From assembly GCA_031459915.1 (NCBI GenBank), contig JAVKHO010000010.1, positions 1 to 64,000 of the forward strand: a stretch of 64,000 nt of DNA, written 5' to 3'. Position numbers and translations under genes: made by a program. How positions within the stretch are numbered: the first letter of the stretch is position 1; each line of letters starts with the position of its first letter. This DNA comes from Candidatus Tepidifontimicrobium thermophilum (lineage in GTDB: Bacteria; Sysuimicrobiota; Sysuimicrobiia; Sysuimicrobiales; Sysuimicrobiaceae). Positions 30,639-40,254 of this stretch are shown here, one piece after another. Under the pieces are notes generated by a model. It saw nothing but the letters and a program-made list of their open reading frames with translations, was not told the origin of the DNA and made no database searches.

Positions 30639-32194
30639 TCCGGAAGCTGTTGCCCCTGGTGGTCCTGCTGGGGTGGACTGCCGCGGCCTTCCCGTCCGCT
30701 CCCATCCCCGTGGTCCGGATCGCCTGGTGGACGGACGTGGGGTTTCCATCCCCCTTCGCCTTCTCCACCGTAGGGCCCGGGGGAGTCGTACGGCTCACCC
30801 TCCTCTATGACAGCCTCCTCTGGAAGGACGAGCGGGGTCTGGTCCCGTGGCTGGCGGAGGCCTACAGGCTGTCCGCCGACGCCACCGCGTACGTGTTCCG
30901 GCTGCGGTCCGGGGTGCGCTGGCACGATGGGAGGCCGCTGGGGGCCTGGGACGTACGGTTCACCTTCGCGTACTTCCGGAAACATCCCTTCCGCTGGGTG
31001 GACACGGGCGTGGTACAGGACGTGGAGGTGCGCGACCGGCAGACGGCGGTGGTCCGCCTCAGCCGTCCCTTCGCGCCCTTCTTGGAGAACGTGGCGGCGG
31101 TAGTCCCCATCATTCCCGAACATGTGTGGAAGCCGGTCACCTTTCCGGAGCAGCTGCAGGAGTTGCGTGCCGTGGTGGGCTCCGGTCCCTACCGGCTGGC
31201 GGAGTACCGGCCCGAGGCAGGCCAGTACCGGTTCGTGGCCTTCGAGGGGTACTTCCGCGGTGCCCCGCGCGTGCAGGAGGTCCGGTACGTAGTGGTGCCC
31301 CTGGCCCGGCAGGTGCTGTCGGTCCAGAGCGGCGAGGTGGACCTAGCCATGACCCTGGCCCCCGAGGCGGTGGAACTGTTCCGGAGCCACCCCTACCTGC
31401 GTGTGATGGTCACCGAGCCCCTGTCCGTGGCGCGCCTGGTGTTCAATCTGGACCACCCACTGGCCGGGCAGAAGCGTTTCCGGCAGGCGGTGGCCCACGC
31501 GGTGGACGTGGCAGGTATAACACGGTTGGTCACCCGGGAAGCAGGAGTCCCTGGTAGCCAGGGCGTGGTCCGACCTGGAGACCCTTGGTACACACCTGAG
31601 GTCCGCCGGTACGTGCACGACCCGGCCCGGGCGCGTGGGTTGCTTCGGGAGTTGGGCTACGAGGACCGCGATGGCGATGGTTACCTGGAGGCCCGGGACG
31701 GGACTCGCCTCGTGGTCGAGGTTCTGACCAGCGCCCCGAGGGAGACCGAACCCGTGCTCCAGAGCTTGGCCCGGGCGGGAATCGAAGCCCGGGCTCGCGT
31801 GGCGGATCCTGCCACCCGGGCCCAGCTGGCCTCGGAGGGGCGTTTTGTGGTGCTGTACACCACCCACGTGGGAGCTGGCGGGGATCCGGACTACCTGAGG
31901 ACCTGGTTTTCGGGCGAGGAAGCCAACGCGTTCGCCCGGGGAAGCGCGCTCCGGCACCCGGAGTTCCTCCGGACGGCGCACCTCCAGGCGGAGGCCGTGG
32001 ATCCCTCGCGGCGGCGGGCGCTGGTGCACCGGCTGCAGCGGATCCTCGCGGAGGAGCTGCCCACCGTGGTGCTGTTCTGGCGGCCCTTTTTCTGGATCTA
32101 CGACAGCCGGAAGCTGGCTCCCCTGAACACCCGAGGCGGGATGCTGAACGGGATCCCCCTCGCGGAGAACAAGCTGGCCTTCCTCGCCCGATGA
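30635..32194 (+). CDS. ABC transporter substrate-binding protein, family 5 (peptide/nickel)
   Basis: Signal peptide, PWLAEAY, VRWHDG..DVRFT, GSGPYRL. Confidence 0.9.
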   Translation: MIRKLLPLVVLLGWTAAAFPSAPIPVVRIAWWTDVGFPSPFAFSTVGPGGVVRLTLLYDSLLWKDERGLVPWLAEAYRLSADATAYVFRLRSGVRWHDGRPLGAWDVRFTFAYFRKHPFRWVDTGVVQDVEVRDRQTAVVRLSRPFAPFLENVAAVVPIIPEHVWKPVTFPEQLQELRAVVGSGPYRLAEYRPEAGQYRFVAFEGYFRGAPRVQEVRYVVVPLARQVLSVQSGEVDLAMTLAPEAVELFRSHPYLRVMVTEPLSVARLVFNLDHPLAGQKRFRQAVAHAVDVAGITRLVTREAGVPGSQGVVRPGDPWYTPEVRRYVHDPARARGLLRELGYEDRDGDGYLEARDGTRLVVEVLTSAPRETEPVLQSLARAGIEARARVADPATRAQLASEGRFVVLYTTHVGAGGDPDYLRTWFSGEEANAFARGSALRHPEFLRTAHLQAEAVDPSRRRALVHRLQRILAEELPTVVLFWRPFFWIYDSRKLAPLNTRGGMLNGIPLAENKLAFLAR

Positions 32195-33144
32195 AAGGTA
32201 CGTTGGGCGTCCTGGCTCGCACGGTGCTACTGGCGGCGGCGGTGGCCATGGTGGACTTCTTTCTGCCGCGCCTTCTGCCCGGAAGCCCGCTTGCGAGTTC
32301 AGAACTCGCTCCGCTTCCGATGAGCGCACAGCAGGAGCTGCGGCAGCGCTACGGTCTGGACCGGCCGCTGGCGCAGCAGTTCGCGGACTACGTGACGGGG
32401 CTGCTGCGGGGGGACCTGGGGCGTTCCCTCGCGACCCACCGCCCGGTGGCGGATCTGCTGCGCGAGCGGCTGCCGTGGACGGTGCTGTTGGTGGGCGTGT
32501 CCTGGTCCTGCGGAATGCTGCTGGGCGCCAGCCTCGGGACCGTCTCGGCGATCCGTCCTGGAAGCTGGACCGCACGGATCTGGGCGCGGACGAGTGTGGC
32601 CCTGGCCGCCATCCCGGAGTTCGTGATGGCCATGCTGCTGGTGGTGGTGTTCTCCGTGCGCTGGCCCCTGTTCCCTGCAGGGGGGGTGCCGTGGGCCTCG
32701 GAGGTAGGTCCAGGACCGCTCCACGGCGTCACGGAAGTCCTACGCCGCTTGGTGCTGCCGACGGTCGCCCTCACGGTGTCGGCCACCAGCTTGTTCACCC
32801 TCGCCAGTCGGAACCTGCTGGTGGGGGTGCTGGCGGAGCCGTTCCTCCTGGTGGCGCGGGCCAAGGGCCTCGCCCCCAGAAGGGTCCTTACGCACGCGTG
32901 GCGGTGTGTGCTTCCGGCGTTTCTCGTCCTCGCCGGTCTTCGCCTGGCGACCCTGGTGACCGGCGCGGTCGCTGTGGAGCGCGTCTTCAACTACCCGGGC
33001 CTGGGCTCCCTTCTCTTCGACGCCGTGGTGCGGCGCGACTACCCCGTGATCCAGGGTGTGTTCCTCGTGGGAAGCTGGCTAGCGCTCGCCGCTTCCGCAG
33101 GGGCGGAGGTCTTGGGACGGTGGGCGGACCCGCGCCTGCGCTGA
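32191..33144 (+). CDS. ABC permease (OppB/NikB-like)
   Basis: YGLDRP, GDLGRS, ARAKGL, VERVFNYPGLG, RDYP. Confidence 0.9.
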   Translation: MKGTLGVLARTVLLAAAVAMVDFFLPRLLPGSPLASSELAPLPMSAQQELRQRYGLDRPLAQQFADYVTGLLRGDLGRSLATHRPVADLLRERLPWTVLLVGVSWSCGMLLGASLGTVSAIRPGSWTARIWARTSVALAAIPEFVMAMLLVVVFSVRWPLFPAGGVPWASEVGPGPLHGVTEVLRRLVLPTVALTVSATSLFTLASRNLLVGVLAEPFLLVARAKGLAPRRVLTHAWRCVLPAFLVLAGLRLATLVTGAVAVERVFNYPGLGSLLFDAVVRRDYPVIQGVFLVGSWLALAASAGAEVLGRWADPRLR

Positions 33145-33971
33145 CCACGGGGAAGCTGGCTCCCGGGCCTGTGCTGGCCCTGCTGGTAGCGGGCGGCATG
33201 CTTTCCGTGGCCGTCCTGGGCGACCTTCTGGCGCCCCACGGTCCACGGGCGCTTGTGGGCCCTCCCCTGAGTCCTCCCGGCCCGGGTTTCCCGTTGGGCA
33301 CCGACGAGCTCGGACAGGATCTGTGGAGCCTTTGGTGCCACGGCACCCGCAACTCCCTGTACCTGGGCCTGTCCGTAGGCCTGGCGTCCACCGCCTCGGC
33401 CACGGCGGTGGCCTTGCTGAGCGCAGGTCCGGAGCCCGCTGGGCGGGCACTGGCAGCCTTCACGGAGGTGGCGGCCGCGCTCCCTCCGTTTTTCTCCGCG
33501 ATGCTGCTCGTCGCGTTCCTCGGCCCAGGTCTTCCTTCCCTAACCGTGGGACTGACCTGCGCCAGCTGGGCCGCCTTCGCTCGCGTGCTCCGGACCCAAG
33601 TTCGCCTGGAACTGCAGCGGGAGTACGTGCTGGCCGCGCGAGCTCTGGGCGCTGAGGAGTTCCGCGTCGTCTGCCGCCACGTCCTGCCGGGGCTCGCTCC
33701 CTTGCTGTGGACGAAGTTCCTGCTCACTGTCCGCTGGTCGATCCTGATGGAGGCCACCTTGGGTCTGGTAGGGGTCAGCGACCCGCTGCGGGCGAGCTGG
33801 GGGGCGGTGCTCGGAAGCGCCTTCGCCTACCCGCTGCTGTTCACCGGACCGACCTGGCTGTGGTGGGCGGGCCCGCCGGTCGTGTCCGTCGCGGTGCTCA
33901 CCTGGTCCCTAGCCGTCCTGGGGGAACACCTGGAACGGGCCCTCGATCCAAGGACCCGAGCTTTCCCGTGA
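33141..33971 (+). CDS. ABC permease (OppC/NikC-like); start uncertain
   Basis: LGTDELGQD, EYVLAARALGA, RHVLP; in-frame CTG overlaps upstream TGA, otherwise GTG 33171 or ATG 33198. Confidence 0.85.
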   Translation: MTTGKLAPGPVLALLVAGGMLSVAVLGDLLAPHGPRALVGPPLSPPGPGFPLGTDELGQDLWSLWCHGTRNSLYLGLSVGLASTASATAVALLSAGPEPAGRALAAFTEVAAALPPFFSAMLLVAFLGPGLPSLTVGLTCASWAAFARVLRTQVRLELQREYVLAARALGAEEFRVVCRHVLPGLAPLLWTKFLLTVRWSILMEATLGLVGVSDPLRASWGAVLGSAFAYPLLFTGPTWLWWAGPPVVSVAVLTWSLAVLGEHLERALDPRTRAFP

Positions 33972-34005
33972 CCGAGCCAGGAACCTGGAATTTAAGGAAA
34001 GCCAG

Positions 34006-35439
34006 CTACAGCGGCTCCACGTCGTGGGGCAGGCTCTCCCGCAGGCCGGCGGGGGTGATGCGGACGAACCGGGCGTTCTCCCACAGCTCCGGGATGGTCC
34101 GGGCCCCGCAGTAGCTCATCCCCGACCGCAGGCCGCCCACCAGCTGGCGCAGCACGTCCGCCACCTTGCCCCGGTAGGGCACCAGCGCCTCGATCCCCTC
34201 GGCCACGATCTGCCCGATGTCCTCCTCGTCCACAGGGCTGTCCAGGGACCGGCGGCGGGCGGTGGCCCACAGGCTGGCCATGCCCCGGTACGTCTTGTAC
34301 TGGCGGCCGTTGCGGATCACCGTGGCACCCGGGCTCTCCTCCGTGCCCGCCAGCAGGTTGCCCAGCATCACCGCGCTGGCGCCCGCGGCCAGGGCCTTGG
34401 TGATGTCGCCGGAGCTACGGATCCCCCCGTCCGCGATGATGGGCACGCCCCGGGGCCGGGCCGCCCGGGCGCAGTCCAGAATGGCGGAAAGCTGCGGGAC
34501 GCCCGCTCCCGTGACCACCCGAGTGGTGCAGGTGGACCCGGGCCCCACCCCGACCTTCACCGCGTCCGCACCGGCCTCGATGAGGTCCACCGTGCCCTCC
34601 GCGGTGGCCACGTTCCCGGCCACGATGGGGACTTCGGGGAACCGCCTGCGCAGGGTGCGCACCGCCCGCAGCACCGCCTCCGAGTGCCCGTGCGCCACGT
34701 CCACCACCAGCACGTCCACCCCTTCTTCCACCAGCGCCGCCGCGCGCTCCAGGTAGTCGCCGCGCACGCCCACCGCGGCACCGACCCGGAGCCGGCCACG
34801 CTCGTCCTTGGTCGCGTGCGGGTACTGAGAGCGGGCGCGGATGTCCCGGCTGGTCACCAGGCCCACCAGCCGGCCGTCCCCGTCCACCAGGGGCAGCTTC
34901 TCCACCCGGTGCGCGTGGAGGATCCGCTTGGCCTCCTCCATGCTGATCCCCGGGGGTGCCGTGACGAGCCGGTCGCGGGGCGTCATCACCTCCCGCACGG
35001 GACGGTCCAGGTCCTCCTCGAACAGCAGGTCCCGGGCGGTGACGATCCCCACCAACCGGCCGTCCTGCACCACCAGGAGTCCCGCGGACCCGTGCTCCTC
35101 CAGGAACGCCACCGCCTCCCGCAGGGTCTGGTCCGGCCGGATGGTGTACGGCTGCTCGATGACGATGCTCTCCGCCCGCTTGACCCGCCGGACCTCCGCC
35201 ACCTGCTGGTCTGTGGGGAGGAACCGGTGGATGATGCCCAGCCCGCCCTCCCGCGCCATAGCGATGGCCATCTCGCTTTCCGTGACCGCGTCCATGTTGG
35301 CGCTCACGATGGGCACGGACAACTCGATCCCGCGGGCCAACTGGGTGCGGGTGTCCACCTCCGCGCGGCTCTCTACCGGTGACCGGCGCGGAATTAGCAG
35401 CACGTCGTCGAAGGTCAAACCCAGCGGTACCCCTTCCAC
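34006..35439 (-). CDS. guaB: IMP dehydrogenase with CBS pair
   Basis: [34 protein letters not shown]. Confidence 0.93.
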   Translation of the reverse strand: MEGVPLGLTFDDVLLIPRRSPVESRAEVDTRTQLARGIELSVPIVSANMDAVTESEMAIAMAREGGLGIIHRFLPTDQQVAEVRRVKRAESIVIEQPYTIRPDQTLREAVAFLEEHGSAGLLVVQDGRLVGIVTARDLLFEEDLDRPVREVMTPRDRLVTAPPGISMEEAKRILHAHRVEKLPLVDGDGRLVGLVTSRDIRARSQYPHATKDERGRLRVGAAVGVRGDYLERAAALVEEGVDVLVVDVAHGHSEAVLRAVRTLRRRFPEVPIVAGNVATAEGTVDLIEAGADAVKVGVGPGSTCTTRVVTGAGVPQLSAILDCARAARPRGVPIIADGGIRSSGDITKALAAGASAVMLGNLLAGTEESPGATVIRNGRQYKTYRGMASLWATARRRSLDSPVDEEDIGQIVAEGIEALVPYRGKVADVLRQLVGGLRSGMSYCGARTIPELWENARFVRITPAGLRESLPHDVEPL

Positions 35440-35457
35440 GTCTACCTCCTCCGTCCA

Positions 35458-36246
35458 TCATGGTAAGCGGCCCGGCAGGCTCCACCAGAGGCCCAGGGCA
35501 CCGCTCGCGGCGGTGGCGAGGAGGTTGGTGGCGTCGTTGTCCACCCACCGCAGCCCCCGCACCCGCCGGGTGCGGGCGCCGCACCCACACCTGGTCAGCT
35601 CGGTCTCGCGGCCGCAGGCGGTGCACCGGTAGTGCGCCTGGACAGCCCCTCCCACCGCCGAGTCCAGCAGCATCCCCGCCACGCCCGCTGCCGCGGTCCA
35701 GCCCGCCGGTGCTATGCCCAGCGCGCCCGCCAGCCCGCCGCAGCACACCGCCGCCACCACCCCTGCGGCCGTGCCCGCGGCCGTGATCCCGCCGCTGGCT
35801 CCCGGCTCCAGGGGCTTGCGGTCCCACAGGCGCCGGGGCCTGCCCCCGTAGCGCACCCCGAACTCCGTGGCCCAGGTGTCCGCCCACGCGGCGCTCAGCG
35901 CGGCCGCGAACGCCGGTCCGGCGGAGACCGCCTCCAGACCGTGCAGCCACGCGGCTGCCGCCGCCACCAGCCCGTTCGCCAGGACCTGGCGGGCGTTGCG
36001 CCTGGGCGCCTGCGGGCGCGGCGGCAGGGCGCTGGCGGCGGAGGCGGCGGCCACGAACCCCAGCAGGAGGGCGGCCCAGCCCCAGCCTCCCGCGCCGGCC
36101 ACCACGGTGCCCACCGCCACCGCGGCCGCCGCCCCGTCTGCGGACAGGGCGCCCAGCCGCCAGGCCAGTACCGAAGCCAGGAGGCTTCCCACCAGCGCCG
36201 CGGGCCAGCACGCGGCGGATCTCAGGACGTCCCCGAGCGCCGTCAT
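35458..36246 (-). CDS. DUF92 (TMEM19/VTE6-like) membrane protein
   Basis: RNARQVLANG, ADTWATEFG, GASGGIT, LDSAVG, DNDATN; C-terminal CxxC..CxC; start uncertain. Confidence 0.85.
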   Translation of the reverse strand: MTALGDVLRSAACWPAALVGSLLASVLAWRLGALSADGAAAAVAVGTVVAGAGGWGWAALLLGFVAAASAASALPPRPQAPRRNARQVLANGLVAAAAAWLHGLEAVSAGPAFAAALSAAWADTWATEFGVRYGGRPRRLWDRKPLEPGASGGITAAGTAAGVVAAVCCGGLAGALGIAPAGWTAAAGVAGMLLDSAVGGAVQAHYRCTACGRETELTRCGCGARTRRVRGLRWVDNDATNLLATAASGALGLWWSLPGRLP

Positions 36247-36281
36247 GACCCGAGCTAGAGCCCGAAAAGCCGGTGCGGGGC

Positions 36282-36875
36282 TTACTCGGAAGCCCGCGGC
36301 ATCCGGCCGTCCCACCGCCGGGCGCGGCTCCAGCTCCACCCGAACTGGTCCAGGACCCGCGCCACCACGTGGTCCACCACCTCGTCCAGGCTCCGCGGGT
36401 GGGTGTAGAAGGCCGGGACCGGCGGGAGGATCACCGCACCCAGGTTGGACAGCTTCAGCATGTTCTCCAGGTGGATGCTGCTCAGGGGGGCTTCCCGGGG
36501 CACCAGGACCAGCTTGCGCCGTTCCTTCAGGGTGACGTCCGCAGCCCGGTGGATGAGGTCGTCCGCGAAGCCGCAGGCGATGGCGGCCAGGGTCTTCATG
36601 CTGCACGGCACCACCGCCATCCCCCGGGTGGGGAACGAGCCGCTGGAGATCGTCGCGGCCTGGTCGTCGCGGCGGTGCACCACGCTCGCTAGGCCCAGGA
36701 CGTCCTCCACGCGGTAGTCGGTCTCGTGCTGGATGGTCCGCTCCGCCCACTCGCTGACCACCAGGTGCGTCTCCAGCCCCAGCTCCCGCGCGGCCTCCAG
36801 CAGCCGGATCCCCAAGATGGCCCCGCTGGCCCCGGTGATGGCCACCACCAGCCGCCGGCTCCCCTCGCCCTCCAT
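36282..36875 (-). CDS. ubiX: Flavin prenyltransferase (prFMN synthesis)
   Basis: ITGASG, SSGS, PCSMKTLA, RAADVTLKERR, PREAP, PAFY. Confidence 0.96.
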   Translation of the reverse strand: MEGEGSRRLVVAITGASGAILGIRLLEAARELGLETHLVVSEWAERTIQHETDYRVEDVLGLASVVHRRDDQAATISSGSFPTRGMAVVPCSMKTLAAIACGFADDLIHRAADVTLKERRKLVLVPREAPLSSIHLENMLKLSNLGAVILPPVPAFYTHPRSLDEVVDHVVARVLDQFGWSWSRARRWDGRMPRASE

Positions 36876-37012
36876 ACCAACCCTCCCTCGGCAGTCGGCC
36901 CCATGATGGGCGCCGCACCTCCGGGTGTCAACGACATCGGGTCCGCACCCGAGGCCGTCGGCTGGAGGACCGATGGTCTTCGGCCGGAGGTCTGATCGAT
37001 CTTACCTTTGCC

Positions 37013-37768
37013 GTGGCGGAGGCAGAACCCCTCGTCCGCACGCCCGTCGAACCGCCCCGGCCGGCCCGCGCCTCGGACTCGGTGGTCCGGCACATCAAGG
37101 AGATGGTCCTGCGGGGCGAGCTCCGCAGCGGGCAGCGGCTGCCGTCGGAAAAGGAGCTGGCCCGGCAGTTCGGGCTGAGCCGGGTGACCATCCGCGACGC
37201 CCTGCGGGTCCTGGAGTCCGAGGGCTTCGTGCGCATCCGGGTCGGTGCCGGGGGCGGGGTATTCGTCTCGGTTCCGGGCCCTCGGCACGTCACCGAGTCC
37301 CTGGCGAACCTCCTGCGGGTGAACCGGGCGTCGCTGCGGGCCCTGGCCGAAGCCCGGCTGCTCCTGGAGCCGGAGGTGGCCGCGCTGGCCGCCCAGCGGG
37401 CCCGGCCCAAAGACCTGGAGGCCATGCACGCGGCGGTGGAAGCGGCCCGCGCGGGACGGCAGCGTGGCGATCCCTACTTCATTCCCCACAGCGTGGGGTT
37501 CCACACGGCGCTGGCGGAGGCCTCCGGGAACCCCGTCCTGGTCGCCGCCCTGGCCTCCTTCCGTGCCCTGTTCCACGAGGTCCTGGCGCGGCTGCTGCCC
37601 GACGACGCCATGGCCACCCGGGCGGTGGAAGACCACCAGGCGATCCTGGACGCGGTGCGGGCCCGCGACCCGGAACGCGCCCGGTCCCTCATGCGGGAGC
37701 ACCTGCTGTACTTCGCGGAACGCGTGCAGAAGCTGTCCCGGCGCAGGAGGGTGGGGTCTCCGTGGTGA
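37013..37768 (+). CDS. GntR/FadR-family transcriptional regulator
   Basis: RLPSEKELARQFGLSRVTIRDAL, FH..LAEASGN, DH..I. Confidence 0.93.
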   Translation: MAEAEPLVRTPVEPPRPARASDSVVRHIKEMVLRGELRSGQRLPSEKELARQFGLSRVTIRDALRVLESEGFVRIRVGAGGGVFVSVPGPRHVTESLANLLRVNRASLRALAEARLLLEPEVAALAAQRARPKDLEAMHAAVEAARAGRQRGDPYFIPHSVGFHTALAEASGNPVLVAALASFRALFHEVLARLLPDDAMATRAVEDHQAILDAVRARDPERARSLMREHLLYFAERVQKLSRRRRVGSPW

Positions 37769-39018
37769 GGGAAGCCTCAGGGCTGCTGGCCAGCTACCGG
37801 GTGCTGGATCTCACGGACGAGGCCGGCTGGTTCTGCGGCCGGCTATTGGGGGACCTGGGCGCGGACGTGGTGAAGGTGGAACCCCCGGGGGGCGACCCGG
37901 GCCGGTGGCGGGGCCCGTTTTACCGGGACGAACCCCACCCGGAGCGCAGCCTCCCGTGGCTTGCGTACAACGCCAACAAGCGCGGCATCACCCTGGCGCT
38001 CGAGAGTCCCCGGGGGCGGGAGCTGTTCGCGCGCCTGGTGGCGCGGGCGGACTTCGTGGTGGAGTCCTACCCGCCGGGCTTCCTGGAGGACTTGGGTGTC
38101 GGCTACCCGCAGCTGCGGGAGCACAACCCGCGGCTGGTGTGGGTGTCCGTCACGCCCTTCGGACGCACCGGTCCCCGTAGCCGGTGGCGGGGTCCGGACC
38201 TGGTGGTGATGGCCGCGAGCGGCCTCCTGCACCTCGTGGGCAGTCCCGACGGCCCTCCGTTGCGGGTGTCGTTGCCGCAGGCGCCCCTGTGGGGCAGCCT
38301 GTACGCGGCCGCGGGTGCCCTGGTGGCGCACGTGTACCGCCAGCGGACCGGACGCGGCCAGCTGGTGGACGTGTCCGCTCAGGCCAGCCTGCTGAGCGCC
38401 CTGGCCAACGCGCCCGCGTACTGCAGCCTGTTCGGCAAGGACCTGCGCCGGGCCGGCAACCACATGGTGGGCCGTAACGTGCACGGCGCGCGGGTGCGGG
38501 CCGTGTACCGGTGCCGGGACGGGTACATCAACTTCATCCTGTACTCCGGCGAGGCGGGCCGCCACTCCAACGCGGCCCTGGTGCGCTGGATGGAGGAGTG
38601 CGGAGCGTTGCCGGAGACGTTGCGGGGCCGCGACTGGGAGGCCTTCGACGTGGTCACCGCGACCCAGGAGGAGATCGACGAGCTGGAGCAGGCCATCGCG
38701 GCGTTTCTCGCGGAGCGGACCAAAGCGGAGTTCACCGAGGAGGCCCTGCGCCGGGGGATCCTGGGCTACCCCGTGGCCGACCCGCGGGACATCCGGGAGG
38801 ACCCGCAGCTGGAGGCGCGGGGGTTCTGGGAACCCGTGTACCACCCGGGGCTGGAAGCCACGCTGCACTACCCTCGCGGCTTCGCGCGCTTCTCCAACGG
38901 TGCCGCGGGGATCCGGCGGCCCGCGCCGCGGGTGGGCGAGCACAACGTGGAGGTGTACGGGGAGCTGGGCCTCAGCCCGGAGGACGTGGAACGGCTCCGG
39001 GCGGAGGGGGTGGTGTGA
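37762..39018 (+). CDS. Class III (CaiB/BaiF) CoA-transferase subunit 1 (PhtSa-like)
   Basis: RVLDLT, LGDLGADVVKVEPPGGD, NANKR, APRVGEHN. Confidence 0.9.
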   Translation: MVREASGLLASYRVLDLTDEAGWFCGRLLGDLGADVVKVEPPGGDPGRWRGPFYRDEPHPERSLPWLAYNANKRGITLALESPRGRELFARLVARADFVVESYPPGFLEDLGVGYPQLREHNPRLVWVSVTPFGRTGPRSRWRGPDLVVMAASGLLHLVGSPDGPPLRVSLPQAPLWGSLYAAAGALVAHVYRQRTGRGQLVDVSAQASLLSALANAPAYCSLFGKDLRRAGNHMVGRNVHGARVRAVYRCRDGYINFILYSGEAGRHSNAALVRWMEECGALPETLRGRDWEAFDVVTATQEEIDELEQAIAAFLAERTKAEFTEEALRRGILGYPVADPRDIREDPQLEARGFWEPVYHPGLEATLHYPRGFARFSNGAAGIRRPAPRVGEHNVEVYGELGLSPEDVERLRAEGVV

Positions 39019-39019
39019 G

Positions 39020-40231
39020 GTGACGCTGCCCCTGGAAGGAGTGCGGGTCGTGGAGTTCGCCGCGTACGCGGCCGGGCCCATGGTGGGCAAGTACCTGGCT
39101 AACTTCGGCGCCACGGTGGTCCACGTGGAGTCCAGAACGCGGCCGGACGGGCTGCGAACGAACTACCCGCCCTTCAAGGACAACCGTCCCGACCCCGACG
39201 CCGCGGGCTGGTTCGCCTTCTGCAACGACACCAAGTACAGCGTCACCCTGAACCTCAAACACCCCCGCGCCCGGCCCGTGGCGGAGCGGTTGGTGCGGTG
39301 GGCCGACGTGCTCATCGAGAACTACGCCCCGGGCGTGATGGCACGCCTGGGGCTCGGCTACGAGGCGGTGCGGGCCCACAACCCCCGGATCGTGTACCTG
39401 AGTTCCTGCAACATGGGCCAGACGGGGCCGCGGGCCGCCCAGAAGGGGTTCGGCTCCCAGCTCACCTCCCAGGCGGGCTTCACCCACCTGACGGGCGACC
39501 CAAAGGACGAGCCCATGCTCCTGTTCGGCCCGTACATCGACTTCGTGGCGGTGGGGTTCGGGCTGGTGGCGGTCCTGGCCGGCCTGGACTACAGCCGGCG
39601 CACCGGGCGGGGGGTGTACATCGACCTGTCCCAGTACGAGGCGGGCGTGCACTTCGTGCTGCCGGCGGTGCTGGACTACGAGGCCAACGGCCGCATCCTG
39701 CAGCGGGCGGGCAACCGGTCCCCGCACGCGGCGCCCCACGGGGTCTACCCCTGCCGCGGGGAAGACCGCTGGTGTGCCATCGCGGTGGAAGAGGACGCGC
39801 AGTGGCAGGCCCTGTGCCGGGTGGCGGGCCACCCGGAGTGGGCCGCGGACCCGCGCTTTGACACGGCCACGGCCCGCAAACAGCACGAGGAGGAGCTGGA
39901 CGCCCTTGTGGAGGGCTGGACGCGGCAGCAGGAGGCCGGACAGCTCGCGGAGGCCCTGCAGGCGGCGGGAGTCCCCGCCGCCCCGGTGCAGCGCACCTCG
40001 GAGCTGTTCGCCGACCCGCAGCTCCGGCACCGGGACACGTGGAGGCAGCTGGCGCACCCCGTGCTGGGCAGCTTCCACTACCTGGCACCGCCGTTTTCGC
40101 TTTCGGAGAGCCCCGCCCGGGTGTCCCGCAGCCCGCTAGTGGGCGAGCACAACAACTGGTTCTACCGGGAGGTCCTCGAGCTTTCGGAGGAGGAGGTAGA
40201 GGAGCTGGAAGCGGAGGGCGTGCTCCGCTGA
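39020..40231 (+). CDS. Class III CoA-transferase subunit 2 (PhtSb-like, carries the catalytic Asp)
   Basis: LEGVRVVE, ADVLIENY, GPYIDF (Asp), APHGVYPC.GEDRW. Confidence 0.9.
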   Translation: MTLPLEGVRVVEFAAYAAGPMVGKYLANFGATVVHVESRTRPDGLRTNYPPFKDNRPDPDAAGWFAFCNDTKYSVTLNLKHPRARPVAERLVRWADVLIENYAPGVMARLGLGYEAVRAHNPRIVYLSSCNMGQTGPRAAQKGFGSQLTSQAGFTHLTGDPKDEPMLLFGPYIDFVAVGFGLVAVLAGLDYSRRTGRGVYIDLSQYEAGVHFVLPAVLDYEANGRILQRAGNRSPHAAPHGVYPCRGEDRWCAIAVEEDAQWQALCRVAGHPEWAADPRFDTATARKQHEEELDALVEGWTRQQEAGQLAEALQAAGVPAAPVQRTSELFADPQLRHRDTWRQLAHPVLGSFHYLAPPFSLSESPARVSRSPLVGEHNNWFYREVLELSEEEVEELEAEGVLR

Positions 40232-40254
40232 CGCCACGGAAGGAGGGGAGGGAC

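Noticed and set aside
36965..36981. Imperfect inverted repeat GAGGACC-N3-GGTCTTC between ubiX and FadR
   Set aside because: Plausible FadR operator, but short, imperfect and single-copy; not supportable alone.
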